A stretch of DNA of 63,833 nucleotides, the filler included, from Octopus bimaculoides (taxonomy: Eukaryota), in NCBI RefSeq assembly GCF_001194135.2. It is 8 parts of 6 records of this genome, joined end to end, with 100 filler letters (N's around TTAATTAATTAA, not from the genome) between each part and the next. Parts side by side here need not be neighbours in the genome. Positions count along the whole stretch, not along the records: positions 21,396 to 32,543 come from NC_069001.1; positions 32,644 to 39,005 come from NC_068989.1; 6 more parts are not named here. One strand, given 5' to 3'. The stretch's first letter is position 1. Each line of letters opens with the position of its first letter. The notes under the pieces were generated by a model that saw only the letters and a list, made by a program, of their open reading frames with translations, was not told where the DNA came from and ran no database searches. Shown here piece by piece: positions 23,192 through 37,368 of the stretch. A program made the translations under genes and the position numbers.

Positions 23192-24375
23192 NNNNNNNNN
23201 NNNNNNNNNNNNNNNNNNNNNNNNNNNNNNNNNNNNNNNNNNNNNNNNNNNNNNNNNNNNNNNNNNNNNNNNNNNNNNNNNNNNNNNNNNNNNNNNNNNN
23301 NNNNNNNNNNNNNNNNNNNNNNNNNNNNNNNNNNNNNNNNNNNNNNNNNNNNNNNNNNNNNNNNNNNNNNNNNNNNNNNNNNNNNNNNNNNNNNNNNNNN
23401 NNNNNNNNNNNNNNNNNNNNNNNNNNNNNNNNNNNNNNNNNNNNNNNNNNNNNNNNNNNNNNNNNNNNNNNNNNNNNNNNNNNNNNNNNNNNNNNNNNNN
23501 NNNNNNNNNNNNNNNNNNNNNNNNNNNNNNNNNNNNNNNNNNNNNNNNNNNNNNNNNNNNNNNNNNNNNNNNNNNNNNNNNNNNNNNNNNNNNNNNNNNN
23601 NNNNNNNNNNNNNNNNNNNNNNNNNNNNNNNNNNNNNNNNNNNNNNNNNNNNNNNNNNNNNNNNNNNNNNNNNNNNNNNNNNNNNNNNNNNNNNNNNNNN
23701 NNNNNNNNNNNNNNNNNNNNNNNNNNNNNNNNNNNNNNNNNNNNNNNNNNNNNNNNNNNNNNNNNNNNNNNNNNNNNNNNNNNNNNNNNNNNNNNNNNNN
23801 NNNNNNNNNNNNNNNNNNNNNNNNNNNNNNNNNNNNNNNNNNNNNNNNNNNNNNNNNNNNNNNNNNNNNNNNNNNNNNNNNNNNNNNNNNNNNNNNNNNN
23901 NNNNNNNNNNNNNNNNNNNNNNNNNNNNNNNNNNNNNNNNNNNNNNNNNNNNNNNNNNNNNNNNNNNNNNNNNNNNNNNNNNNNNNNNNNNNNNNNNNNN
24001 NNNNNNNNNNNNNNNNNNNNNNNGAAAGACTCGTCTCCTTTCTCTGTCGAGACACTCGCCTTTGTTTTCTGTAATCGTGCTCGCTTTATATGTGTTTCTG
24101 GAGGGATTACGTCTTTTCTTTGGTGGCATATTTTTTTCAATATTGTAAACAAGAAATTATGAACATAGAAAAAAATATACATTAATCTCTATTTTTGTAA
24201 GCAATTGTAAATATATATTATGTCCGTATTTTTGTATGCTGTGTAAATTTATGAAATATAAGCAAATGAACGATATAGCACATGTATGGAACTGCTAATT
24301 TAACGGTAAATGCTACAATAATTATTGCAGAGAGACAAAGAATTTTATGTCTTACCTTGCAACTGCTGCGATAAT

Positions 24376-24481
24376 TATCACCAGGTAATTGACCCGTAAA
24401 TATGTATTGCTTATCATCCGGTAATTGACCCGTAAATATGTATTGCTTATCATCAGGTAATTGACCCGTAAATATGTATTG
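24376..24481. repeat. Minisatellite, ~3 copies of a 36-bp unit
   Basis: GGTAATTGACCCGTAAATATGTATTGCTTATCATC(C/A) starting at 24384, 24420 and 24456. Confidence 0.95.
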
Positions 24482-25063
24482 TTTTAATATGAATATAAAA
24501 TGTTGTATTGACACTGGCCAACTCACACTTCACACATGTCAGTCGTCCACAAAGTATATAAAACAAGCAACACACAACAAAGAGAAAGAGACAAAAAACT
24601 GAAAGTATTTGACATGAGTGTTTTTGTTTCACTTTTGATACGTAATACTTAAATAGTGGAGGAGATATTATGTTGCTGTGGACTCGAACTATGCAAGAAG
24701 TTAAAATTTATTTTCACTAAAACACAACCGGGACCCTAAGTAAGGCATGTGTAAAATTTGAATGAAATTGGTTGTGTAGTACTAGAGTTTTAGGGATTCA
24801 CACAGACACACACACACACACAAACAGACACAATATATGTTTAGATATATGCAAATGTGTGTGCGCATGTATGTATGTATTAATGTATGTATGTATCCAT
24901 GTGAATACATACACTCATGATCTCTCTCCCTCTCTACCTGTCTGTCTGTCTGTCTGTCTGTTTACCTACCTACCTACTACCTACCTACCTACCTACCTAC
25001 CTACCTACCTACCTGCCTTCCTACCTGACTGCCTGCGTGTCTGTCTGTCTTTCTGTGTGTCTC

Positions 25064-25108
<45 letters not shown>

Positions 25109-25192
25109 ACCCATATATATACATGCACTCTCTTGATATATATGTGTATTCGAATGTATATATATATATGTATATATATATGGGTTTATATG

Positions 25193-25257
<65 letters not shown>

Positions 25258-25534
25258 TTATATATATATATATATGCACACAAACATTGTGTGTGTATAC
25301 ACATACAGCTATATAAACAAAGAGAGGGCGAAACAGACATTAAGCAGTGGCTGCCCACAGCCATAAATACACACAACTAAAGAGAAGCCACAGACAGGGG
25401 TGAGCGTGATGTTGACCAGCGATGGAATAAAGACTGACCCCCTCCAGCACTGGTCAAAAAGATCAAGCGGAGGTGAGGATTGTTTAGTGACCGACAGGGG
25501 AGGGATGTGCAAATATAGCTGTGGTGAGCTGCGG

Positions 25535-25690
25535 TGTTGGTGGGTGGTTTTGGTAGTGGTGGGGGTAGTAGTGGTGTTGGTGAGTGGTGGGGGTAGTGGT
25601 GGTGGTAGTGGTGGTGGTGGTGGTGGTAGTAGTGATGTTGGTGATGGTGGTAGTGTTGTTGGTGGTGTTAGTGGTTGTGGTCGTGGTAGC
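25535..25690. repeat. (GGT)n/(GTA)n low-complexity tract
   Basis: Direct inspection. Similar tracts at 26350-26527, 28690-29128 and 29859-29900. Confidence 0.9.
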
Positions 25691-25879
25691 GATAAAAATA
25701 AAGTAAAAATAAAAGGAAGAGGAATATGGTGAAAGGTGAGAGTATGAGGTAAGGTTGTGAGGAGGGAATATGAATAACCATTGGGGTAGAAGTGTGAGGA
25801 AATATTGTAAAATAGGAACGTAAGATTGATATGAGGGAACCACGTTTTCGTAATAATAATAATAATGATAATAATAATC

Positions 25880-26025
25880 CTTTCGACTAAAAGCACAAGG
25901 CCTGAAATTTTGGCGGGGAGGGCCACCAGGTCGACTTTGCCTTTGATCTTTTCGGGGTCGATTAAATTAAGTACCAGTGAAACACTGGGGGTCGATGTAA
26001 TCGACTTAATCCATCCCTTCCTCCA
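25880..26025. mobile_element. SINE family A fragments joined in opposite orientations
   Basis: Reverse 3' tail (AAAGCACAAGGCCTGAAATTTTGG) abuts a forward core (GTCGACTTTGCCTTTGATCTTTTCGGGGTCGAT). Confidence 0.7.
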
Positions 26026-27059
26026 AGATAGACAGATAGAAAGATAAATAGATAGATAGAAAGACGGACAAACAGACAGACGGACAGATAGAAAAGGTAG
26101 AAGTGAAGACGGAGCTGAGAAACATGTTTGTAGGCTTTGAATATCGATAGCTGCAGTAACAACAACAACAACAACAGCAACAACAACAACAACAACCAGC
26201 AAGTTGCATCCTGACGCTTCCTCTTCCTTCACCTCCACAATTTATGGCAACATAATTGCAGGGAGAGGACAAAAAAGGCCTCAGGGACAGGAGGGGTCAA
26301 TTATAGTTAAATATAAGGATATGGTGTTGGAAATATATACATTAAGGCTGGTCGGATGGTGGTGGTGGTGGCGGTGGTGATGGCATTGTGGGGTGTTGTA
26401 GTTGTGGAGGCGGTGTTGGCGGTGGTCGCAAGGTGATGATGGTTATGGTGATAGCGGTGGTGGTGGTGGCTGCAGTGACGGTGGTAATGGCGGTAGTGAC
26501 GGGTGTATGTGGTGGTGGTGGTGGCTGNNNNNNNNNNNNNNNNNNNNNNNNNNNNNNNNNNNNNNNNNNNNNNNNNNNNNNNNNNNNNNNNNNNNNNNNN
26601 NNNNNNNNNNNNNNNNNNNNNNNNNNNNNNNNNNNNNNNNNNNNNNNNNNNNNNNNNNNNNNNNNNNNNNNNNNNNNNNNNNNNNNNNNNNNNNNNNNNN
26701 NNNNNNNNNNNNNNNNNNNNNNNNNNNNNNNNNNNNNNNNNNNNNNNNNNNNNNNNNNNNNNNNNNNNNNNNNNNNNNNNNNNNNNNNNNNNNNNNNNNN
26801 NNNNNNNNNNNNNNNNNNNNNNNNNNNNNNNNNNNNNNNNNNNNNNNNNNNNNNNNNNNNNNNNNNNNNNNNNNNNNNNNNNNNNNNNNNNNNNNNNNNN
26901 NNNNNNNNNNNNNNNNNNNNNNNNNNNNNNNNNNNNNNNNNNNNNNNNNNNNNNNNNNNNNNNNNNNNNNNNNNNNNNNNNNNNNNNATGAGGTTGGCGG
27001 AGGAAGGCCATGCTACCGTTTTATCTAATGTTCCCTTTGTTTTATCAAAGCGAATATAC

Positions 27060-27390
27060 CAGGCGCAGACGTGGCTGTGTGGTAAGGTTTGTTCCTCAGC
27101 CACATGGTTTCGGGTTCAATTCCATCGCGTGGCATTTTGGACAAGCGTCTTCAGTTATAGCCTCGGGTCAACCAAAGTATTCGCAGAGGATTTGGTAGAC
27201 GGAAACTCTGGGTGTGTGTATTTGTTGTGTGTGTGTGTGTGTGTGTGTGTGCGTGCGCGCGCGCGCGAGTGGAGTGTGTGCGTGTGTGTGTGTTTGCGTT
27301 TGTGTTTTTCCCCCGTAGTAACTTAGCGTGTGTTTTGCGCCCCCGTAACTTAGCGATTCGGTTAAAGAAACCGACAGAATAAATACCAGA
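27060..27390 (+). mobile_element. SINE family B with internal TG microsatellite
   Basis: Head AGGCGCAGACGTGGCTGTGTGGTAAG...GGGTTCAATTCC, then GGATTTGGTAGACGGAAACT and CCCCGTAACTTAGCGATTCGG. Confidence 0.85.
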
Positions 27391-27988
27391 AGCAAATACA
27401 CACACACACACATCTAGAAATGTAGAAACGACTATTTTCTTTTATCCATTCTCGCTGCGGACACTAAAAAAGGAATCAGCTGAATTAGTTTTAGTTTTTA
27501 AGTAAATTACGTCTACAACTGACTACCGTTATTCAACTGTCTACAATGAGATTAATGTATTTAATTAAAGTTTAATTAAATTACACAAATTATGTTGCCT
27601 GAAATCTCTATCTATTCTGTAATGTACTATGGCATTGAAACAAAAAAGAAACAAAAAAAAAAACGCATTGTCATCATATCAATAAATTATCAATCAAGAA
27701 TGCGTCATATATGCAAATCAGTGTATCCGATTTATTCAAAACTCGATAGTAATGGGTTTATAATCAACGACTCCAAGGATTGTAAAATAGCATAATAAGT
27801 CACTAATGAGATCCCAATTGAAGGATTGAAGTCATTTCTGGTGACCTCTCATTTTTGACCCCGAATATATGGTATATATGCAATCATATTGTTTACATCT
27901 GCCATGGCATACAGTACTGGCTAAAAAAAAATACAGATATAATCTACAATACTGTATATTATTGTTGTCTTTATTATTACTACTATTA

Positions 27989-28190
27989 AGGCGGTGAGCT
28001 AGCAAAATCGTTAGCATGCTTAGCGGTATTTCGTCTGCAGCTACGTTCTGAGTTCAAATTCCGCTGAAGATTGCCTTTCATCCTTTCGGGGTCGATAAAT
28101 TAAGTACTAGTCAAGTAGTGGGGGATCTATGTAACTGACTCCCCTCCCCGCAAAAAGCTGTTCGCCTGTGCCAAAATTTGAAACCATTAT
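27989..28190 (+). mobile_element. SINE family A, near full length
   Basis: GGCGGTGAGCTAGCAAAATCGTTAGC...TCTGAGTTCAAATTCCG...TTCATCCTTTCGGGGTCGATAAATTAAGTAC. Confidence 0.9.
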
Positions 28191-28233
28191 ACATATAGAT
28201 ATATATGTGTGTGTGTGTTTGTAAATACATACA

Positions 28234-28269
<36 letters not shown>

Positions 28270-28288
28270 TATATATATGTATATATAT

Positions 28289-28385
28289 ATTATTTTGTTT
28301 AAAAGAGTTCCAACACTGTCTGTTTTCTATGTTTTATTTATATTCCTGCAGAACCAATGTGGGGTATAGAATATGGAATATACAA
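28289..28385. repeat. ~100-bp dispersed repeat in (TA)n, copy 2
   Basis: Homologous to 1486-1582. Confidence 0.7.
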
Positions 28386-28468
28386 TATATAATATAATAT
28401 ACAATATATAATATAAAATAAAATAAAATAAAAAATATATATATATCTTTTATCTCATGCATGGTTCA

Positions 28469-28510
<42 letters not shown>

Positions 28511-28520
28511 NNNNNNNNNN

Positions 28521-28560
<40 letters not shown>

Positions 28561-28688
28561 CACAGATACGTATACACTCGTATAGATATATATGTGCGTG
28601 TACGTGTGTGAGTGTGTGTGTGAGTATGTATGTATATATGCACCCAGTGAAAATAGGAGATATTATGAAGACGAATAAAGGCGATGTC

Positions 28689-28720
<32 letters not shown>

Positions 28721-30023
28721 CACCACCATTACCACGGTCACCATCAATGATATTAATTACAACAGCAGCAACAGCAACAAAAATAATAATAGTAATAATA
28801 ACAATGATTATAATGATAATAATTTTTTATAATTTTGGCACAAGACCAGTAATTTTGAGGGGAGGGACTATTATTGCCGTTGTTGTTGTTGCTGCTACCA
28901 CACCACTGTAATCATATATTTATAATAAAAAAACACCCACACCCACACCCACACCCACGCCCCCATCTTCGCCGCTGCTGCCAGCATCATTTCCCAAACC
29001 ACTTTCCAACCACATTCGCTAACCTCATCTCCATCTCACTGCTACCACCACCACCACCACCACCAGCATCATCATCATCATCACCATCATCATCATATAC
29101 TGTCAACACCGTCACCGCTACCGCCATCNNNNNNNNNNNNNNNNNNNNNNNNNNNNNNNNNNNNNNNNNNNNNNNNNNNNNNNNNNNNNNNNNNNNNNNN
29201 NNNNNNNNNNNNNNNNNNNNNNNNNNNNNNNNNNNNNNNNNNNNNNNNNNNNNNNNNNNNNNNNNNNNNNNNNNNNNNNNNNNNNNNNNNNNNNNNNNNN
29301 NNNNNNNNNNNNNNNNNNNNNNNNNNNNNNNNNNNNNNNNNNNNNNNNNNNNNNNNNNNNNNNNNNNNNNNNNNNNNNNNNNNNNNNNNNNNNNNNNNNN
29401 NNNNNNNNNNNNNNNNNNNNNNNNNNNNNNNNNNNNNNNNNNNNNNNNNNNNNNNNNNNNNNNNNNNNNNNNNNNNNNNNNNNNNNNNNNNNNNNNNNNN
29501 NNNNNNNNNNNNNNNNNNNNNNNNNNNNNNNNNNNNNNNNNNNNNNNNNNNNNNNNNNNNNNNNNNNNNNNNNNNNNNNNNNNNNNNNNNNNNNNNNNNN
29601 NNNNNNNNNNNNNNNNNNNNNNNNNNNNNNNNNNNNNNNNNNNNNNNNNNNNNNNNNNNNNNNNNNNNNNNNNNNNNNNNNNNNNNNNNNNNNNNNNNNN
29701 NNNNNNNNNNNNNNNNNNNNNNNNNNNNNNNNNNNNNNNNNNNNNNNNNNNNNNNNNNNNNNNNNNNNNNNNNNNNNNNNNNNNNNNNNNNNNNNNNNNN
29801 NNNNNNNNNNNNNNNNNNNNNNNNNNNNNNNNNNNNNNNNNNNNNNNNNNNNNNNNNNCACCACCACCACGGCTACCACCACCGCCGCCGCCGCCGTCAC
29901 TACAATCACTGACGCACTAACATCCATTCTCAGTGCCACACCCCCAGTGTCACACAAAAACTCCCAGTCAGTAACCACCAAACAAACGTCTGCTATTATA
30001 TACATATATATACATACACACAC

Positions 30024-30073
<50 letters not shown>

Positions 30074-30255
30074 TGAGTGTATGTATAGATACATATGTAC
30101 AGATGTATAGATGTATAGATGTGTGTGTGTGTGTGTGTGTGTGTGTACTATACTATACGTACACGCCCATTTTCATATCCATTCACAATGCTTTCTGTCT
30201 TTACCTCTCTTTCATTTTTCACATACACATACATGCAGCTGTGCGCACACATGCA

Positions 30256-30297
<42 letters not shown>

Positions 30298-30342
30298 TAT
30301 ACACACATACATAATCGCAAACATATACGCACAAAGATATAA

Positions 30343-30575
30343 TCTCTCTTTCTCTCTCATTCTCTCTCATTCTCTCTCTCTCTCTCACCTCTCCCCCTCT
30401 CTTTCTGCCTCCTTCTCTCCTTCTCTCTCTCCTTTCTCTCCATCTCTGTCTGTCTGTTTGTCTCTATCACTCTCTCCCTTTCTCTCTCTCTCCCTTTCTC
30501 TCTCTCTCCCTTTCTCTCTCTCTCCCTTTCTCTCTCTCTCCCTTTCTCTCTCTCTCTCTCTCTCTCTCTGTCTTC
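30343..30575. repeat. Polypyrimidine (CT)-rich tract with ~16-bp higher-order unit
   Basis: Recurring CCCTTTCTCTCTCTCT units. Confidence 0.85.
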
Positions 30576-30697
30576 TTCATGCTCTCTGTTTCTTTCGTTT
30601 TGCTTTGAAACAGTGAAGGAAAAAAGAAGGAAACTAAGCAAGAAGAATGTAGGGAATGAGAATAAAACGAAGAATGTGTGCGTGGTTGTGTGTGTGT

Positions 30698-30734
<37 letters not shown>

Positions 30735-31077
30735 CGTTTTAACAGAAGGAAAAAGAGAGAAAGAGGAAGGCACAAAAATGAGGGATTGTAAAAATGGGCG
30801 TGTTATGTGGACTTCTTCTTTCATCATCATAATCATCATCATCATCGTCTTCGTTGTCACCGCTGCCGTCGTGGTCATCATCATCATCATCATCATCGTC
30901 ATCATCACCATCATCACCATCTTCTTCTTCTTCTTCTCATTCATCAGACACGGATAGATTCATTCAGTTTTCCTCACTCTCCAATTCAATGTGTCTTCTT
31001 TCCCAAATTGCTTCCTTCGTTATTGGTTACAACTCTTTCTTCTTTTTCCTAGATTTAGTATCTATCTATCTATCTAC

Positions 31078-31120
<43 letters not shown>

Positions 31121-31145
31121 CCTATCTATCTATCTATCTATCTAC

Positions 31146-31183
<38 letters not shown>

Positions 31184-31289
31184 GTCCAGCTAACCAGCCA
31201 GCCAAACATAATACGTACATGCTTACATACAAACGTGTATACATACATATAAACATACAAGCAATATATACACACACACACATATATAT

Positions 31290-31502
31290 ATACTCTTTTA
31301 CTTGTTTCAGTCTTTTTGACTGTGGCCATGCTGGAGCACCGCCTTTAGTCGAGCAAATCGACCCCAGGACTTATTCTTTGTAAGCCTAGTACTTATTCTA
31401 TCGATCTCTTTTGCCGAACCGCTAAGTTACGGGGACGTAAACACACCAGCATCGGTTGTTAAGCGATGTTGGGGGGACAAACACAGACACACAAACACAT
31501 AC

Positions 31503-31535
<33 letters not shown>

Positions 31536-31615
31536 CGACGGGCTTCTTTCAGTTTCCGTCTACCAAATCCACAAGGCTTTGGTCGGCCCGAGGCTATAGT
31601 AGAAGACGCTTGCCC
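31290..31615 (-). mobile_element. SINE family B
   Basis: Family B body with internal (CA)/(TA) tract; the head runs into the gap. Confidence 0.9.
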
Positions 31616-31688
31616 NNNNNNNNNNNNNNNNNNNNNNNNNNNNNNNNNNNNNNNNNNNNNNNNNNNNNNNNNNNNNNNNNNNNNNNNN

Positions 31689-31726
<38 letters not shown>

Positions 31727-32427
31727 TGTGTGTTTGTGTGTGTGTGTGCATGTACATGCGCAAGCATATGTTTATGTATATGTGTGTATATTTGTGTATG
31801 TATGTCTGTAGTTGTATGTGTATGCGTGAGAGTTCAAAACAAATAGATGGAGTTATATGCAAAAAAGAAAGAAAACAAACGAGAGAGAAATGGAATCGAA
31901 TAGAGAGAGGAGGAGAATTTATAAGAGAATGTTGAGGAGAAAAGGTGGATAGATAGATAGATAGGTAGTGAGAGAGAGAGAGAGAGAGGCTAAGAAATGA
32001 ATGGAATGTAGGAAGGGAAAGAGGAAGGTGAGGAACATAGAGAGAGTAGGAGTGGGAGTGTGTGAGGAGCGAAAGTGTGAAGAGATATATTAAAAGAGAG
32101 AGATAACGTGAAGGAAAGGCAGAAGAGAAGAGAAGAGAGAGAGAGAAAGGGGGAGAGGGAGTGAGGGAAAGAGTATCTGGAGGGGGGTAAAAGAGAGAGT
32201 GATGGTTGGGTGATAGGGAAAGAGGGAAAGAATGAAAGAATGAGTAGAAGAGTCAGGTGGGAATAGGGTGTGTGTGTGTGTGTGTGTGTCTCTCTATCTC
32301 CCCCCTCTCTCTATCTATGTCTGTGTCAGTCTCTCTTCTCTCTCTGTAAATATATATATATATATATATATATATTAGATATGTATTACACACACACATA
32401 ATTGCTTCTCTCCCCTTCTTACACCCC

Positions 32428-32465
<38 letters not shown>

Positions 32466-32643
32466 TATATACATATATACATGTATAAATATATATAATA
32501 CACATACACACATATACATACAAGCACATACATATGTAAATATNNNNNNNNNNNNNNNNNNNNNNNNNNNNNNNNNNNNNNNNNNNNTTAATTAATTAAN
32601 NNNNNNNNNNNNNNNNNNNNNNNNNNNNNNNNNNNNNNNNNNN

Positions 32644-32679
<36 letters not shown>

Positions 32680-33279
32680 GTCTTTGTATGTTTGTGTGTG
32701 TGCGTCTGTGTTATTTGTGGTTGTGTGTATTGTTTGTACTAGTTCTTCGTCAGCTTATTTGTATTCTGTTATCCCAAAATCGGAAACGTCATCATTTCCT
32801 GAAATCACATAACGAAGTCTGGATAAACTGAAAATGAAAAATCTAATCTGATATCTTCGGGTGCTTGAAAAAAAAAATGTTTTCCTTCTACAGTTCTGGC
32901 CTGAGGATAAGTAAAATAATTATCTCGAACAACAGTAGATATTCCCTCCCAGCCAAGACTTATCTGCCAGATTCGTTAGAATCGTTTTCATCAATCATGT
33001 GAATAGATTAGTCTTTGCTTTGTGTTTTTTTTTGGGGGGGGGGCGGTGAAAGGGAGGATTGATAAAGCAAACTTACAGGCGTATGGCTGTTCATTTAAGG
33101 AATTTCATGTATTAATTATATTGTACAGTTTCATTTTATTTAAATTGATTTGCTTTTACAACACCCACACACATATATATACGTACATATATACATATAA
33201 GCACACACAAAGACACTCACCCACACACACACATAGATACATATATATATGCCTACATATACGTATATATATAAATATA

Positions 33280-33348
<69 letters not shown>

Positions 33349-34815
33349 TCAATATGTACGTACATGTATGAATGTGTGTGTATGTGTGTGTATGTGTGTG
33401 TATCCGGGTGTGTATGTTTGTGTATCTGCGTTTGTGAGTGGTGTGGTACGGGTGAGGTTGGAATGATGTCCTGAAAAAAATTTGGCAAAAATAATTGGTT
33501 GAATAAGCCGAAGGTGAAACACTTAAAGTGTCAATAAACATAAACTTTACAATAGATTGGACTCTTCTTACAATATAAAGTCACTCCATCAGTGGATCTT
33601 GCATTAAATGGGTGCCCATGTGTATATGCGCGTGTTTGTGTACGTTTGAGTTTGTCAATGTTTGTGTGTACGTGTTTCCATGTTTATATGTACATCCGTG
33701 TGTATGATACATGTGTGCACCTATATCCAATGTTTCACTTTTATGCTACAATATTATCGAGATATCTTCACAAGTAGGTGCGTTTGTACGCTTAAGGTGT
33801 CAGCACGATTATGCTAATGGCTTGAATTGGACACGTTCCTTAGTTGTATGGGATACTTTTCTAAACACTACCATATTATCTATACTCATTAATAAAAAGA
33901 ACTTCAACTTTGACATCTGGGTCCTGCACACAGTATTATTGAATTAAATTTCAAAATAAAATCAACCAAATAGCAATATTTAAATTACTTCGCGTGTAAC
34001 ATACTTAGTGGACACTGTAGTTATTTGTCAACCAGTGAGAGAAAATGACTGTCTATTTTGTACTGATTATCTGATTTTAACCTCCAGCTGAAACCTGTGT
34101 CACGTGTGTCACGTGTAAGTAGAAAGAAGGGCAACGAAACTAGAATTTTCCCTGTGACAGACCGCAACGGAGGTGTGCTCTCCAGTTTCAAAGAGATGAG
34201 TAACAGATCACCGAATTGTTTTCGAAGAACAGAGGCCGACTTAGATTGTCATCTCTTCGAGGTTCGTAAAAAACGACCTATCCCATCTCCACCCAAATCG
34301 CTGCTTTTGTGCTAGAATTTGAAACCATTTATAGTGTTGCTTTTGTTGTTGTAAACCTACTGCGTACAACTTTTGTTAGCAGGGATGTTTTCTTGCGATC
34401 TGATGACAACAATCGCCTCAAATTTCAACAATATCTCTTAGGACCCTTGCAAAATACAGGATTATAATTTTCTGCAAGTAAACAATGCGAGATTTAATTC
34501 CAGTATCTTTCCGCTTCTTAAGTAGCAGCTGGGGTATTATAGCAAATATACCAATTAACACAGAAATAATTGTCATCTTAGTCTTTGACAATCTCATCTC
34601 CACGGTTACGTCCTGATAGTTTTCATTTTTTTCTCAATTTCTTCAGTATCACCTGTGTTAACTTATGGTATTGCAAAGTCTATTATTTTACAACTGTTTC
34701 TTTTTTCTCTCTAATGATATCTGGTCTTCTTGACTCAACAGTATGGTCAGTTTATAAGGGAAAGTCCCATATAATACTTTAATTCTTATTCTCTATCATA
34801 AACTCCAATTCGAAG

Positions 34816-35005
34816 GAGCTGGCAACACGCTTAGCGGCATTCCGTCCGTCTATACGTTCTGAGTTCAAATATCGTCAAGATTAAATTCGCCTTTCGCCCT
34901 TTCAGAGTTGATAAAATAAGCACCAGTCGAGTACTGGTGCTGATGTAATCGGCTATTCCCCACTCCCAAAAAAATTTCAGGCCTTGTGTTTTTGGCAGAA
35001 AGGAT
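34816..35005 (+). mobile_element. SINE family A
   Basis: TACGTTCTGAGTTCAAAT...CGCCTTTCGCCCTTTCAGAGTTGATAAAATAAG. Confidence 0.8.
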
Positions 35006-35017
35006 TACTATTGTTTG

Positions 35018-35238
35018 TAAGGCGAGGCGCTGGCAGAATCGTTAGCACACCGGGCAAAATGTTGATCGGCATTTTGTCCGTCATTACGTTCCGTGTTCAA
35101 ATTGCGCCTTGATCGTCTTTGCTTTTGGTCTTTTCGAGGTTGGTAAAATAATTACGATTTGAGCTCTGGAATCGGTCCAATCGGTTTACCCACTCGCCCG
35201 GGATTGCTGGTCTTGAACCAACATTTGGAACCATTGTT
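35018..35238 (+). mobile_element. SINE family A
   Basis: GCTGGCAGAATCGTTAGCACACCGGGCAAAATG head. Confidence 0.85.
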
Positions 35239-35305
35239 ATTTTATCATTATCGTTTTTATTCTTATCATTATCAATATTGATGTTATCATCAACATCATC
35301 ATCAA

Positions 35306-35340
<35 letters not shown>

Positions 35341-35482
35341 TCACATTTCTGAAGAGTGTCTATTTGACTTTGCTTCTGCCATAAGCATTCAATTGAATTG
35401 TTAATCACAAGGATTTCTTTTCTCATTCATCTTGGCCTGATAAAGTTTAAGTAGAATTTTTGCAAGATCTTTGTTTATTTTT

Positions 35483-35529
<47 letters not shown>

Positions 35530-36184
35530 ATGNNNNNNNNNNTATGTGTGTGTGTGTGTGTGTGTCAGAATTCGAAAGCTGAGAATGAATGGTTGTCGAC
35601 CGTCTCAGATAAATGTAGAATACTACATACTTTTATACAAACAACTGTTAACAGTTTGTTGGAGTGGATAGAGTAAGATGAAATACTGAGGCAAAAATAT
35701 TCTGTCAAAATACCAAAATCAACAACAAACATACAACCATAAAACAGTGAGAGAAAGAGGGAAATAGCATTAAAGATTGAAATAAAGTTAATTACACGCT
35801 AATTAAAAGATGTGAGATATTGGGCGTAAAAGGAAGTCAGTAATTGGTGCTCATGTGTTGATTTTGAAATAAGGATCGTTTTGTGCTTTGTAATAAACAT
35901 TAATAATAAGAAAATATACTATGAGTAGGTGTATGCGCTTATTGAAAGCATAAAGAACGACAGTGTTAGGTGTTTATTCTGCTGTGAAGCATAATTTGAC
36001 GTTGAACGTGGAGAGATAAAACTGAAATACAAAGTGAGTATTATAGAGATAAATAGAAACCGCGATCTAGAATATAAGAGAAAGAAGAAACCAAAGAGAA
36101 TTAATTCAATGAGCTTGATACGTCAACACATACCTTTGCATTTTTGTATTGACACAACCCTCGTATATACAGACAAATACAAAT

Positions 36185-36252
<68 letters not shown>

Positions 36253-37368
36253 NNNNNNNNNNNNNNNNNNNNNNNNNNNNNNNNNNNNNNNNNNNNNNNN
36301 NNNNNNNNNNNNNNNNNNNNNNNNNNNNNNNNNNNNNNNNNNNNNNNNNNNNNNNNNNNNNNNNNNNNNNNNNNNNNNNNNNNNNNNNNNNNNNNNNNNN
36401 NNNNNNNNNNNNNNNNNNNNNNNNNNNNNNNNNNNNNNNNNNNNNNNNNNNNNNNNNNNNNNNNNNNNNNNNNNNNNNNNNNNNNNNNNNNNNNNNNNNN
36501 NNNNNNNNNNNNNNNNNNNNNNNNNNNNNNNNNNNNNNNNNNNNNNNNNNNNNNNNNNNNNNNNNNNNNNNNNNNNNNNNNNNNNNNNNNNNNNNNNNNN
36601 NNNNNNNNNNNNNNNNNNNNNNNNNNNNNNNNNNNNNNNNNNNNNNNNNNNNNNNNNNNNNNNNNNNNNNNNNNNNNNNNNNNNNNNNNNNNNNNNNNNN
36701 NNNNNNNNNNNNNNNNNNNNNNNNNNNNNNNNNNNNNNNNNNNNNNNNNNNNNNNNNNNNNNNNNNNNNNNNNNNNNNNNNNNNNNNNNNNNNNNNNNNN
36801 NNNNNNNNNNNNNNNNNNNNNNNNNNNNNNNNNNNNNNNNNNNNNNNNNNNNNNNNNNNNNNNNNNNNNNNNNNNNNNNNNNNNNNNNNNNNNNNNNNNN
36901 NNNNNNNNNNNNNNNNNNNNNNNNNNNNNNNNNNNNNNNNNNNNNNNNNNNNNNNNNNNNNNNNNNNNNNNNNNNNNNNNNNNNNNNNNNNNNNNNNNNN
37001 NNNNNNNNNNNNNNNNNNNNNNNNNNNNNNNNNNNNNNNNNNNNNNNNNNNNNNNNNNNNNNNNNNNNNNNNNNNNNNNNNNNNNNNNNNNNNNNNNNNN
37101 NNNNNNNNNNNNNNNNNNNNNNNNNNNNNNNNNNNNNNNNNNNNNNNNNNNNNNNNNNNNNNNNNNNNNNNNNNNNNNNNNNNNNNNNNNNNNNNNNNNN
37201 NNNNNNNNNNNNNNNNTTGAACTCGGGACAAAATGCATAGCGACATTTCTTCCGTTTCTTTATGCCCTTGGTCCAAATTCCACCAAGGTCAACTTAGCTT
37301 TTCGCCCTTTCTGGTTCGATAAAATAAGTACTAATGTATTACCGGAATCGATGTAATCAATCCGAAAA

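Noticed and set aside
27559-27581. Perfect AT-only palindrome ATTTAATTAAA-G-TTTAATTAAAT
   Set aside because: Low-complexity AT palindromes are expected by chance in this composition.
34099-34116. Tandem GTCACGTGT E-boxes
   Set aside because: A 9-bp slippage duplication in TG-rich sequence with no independent regulatory evidence.
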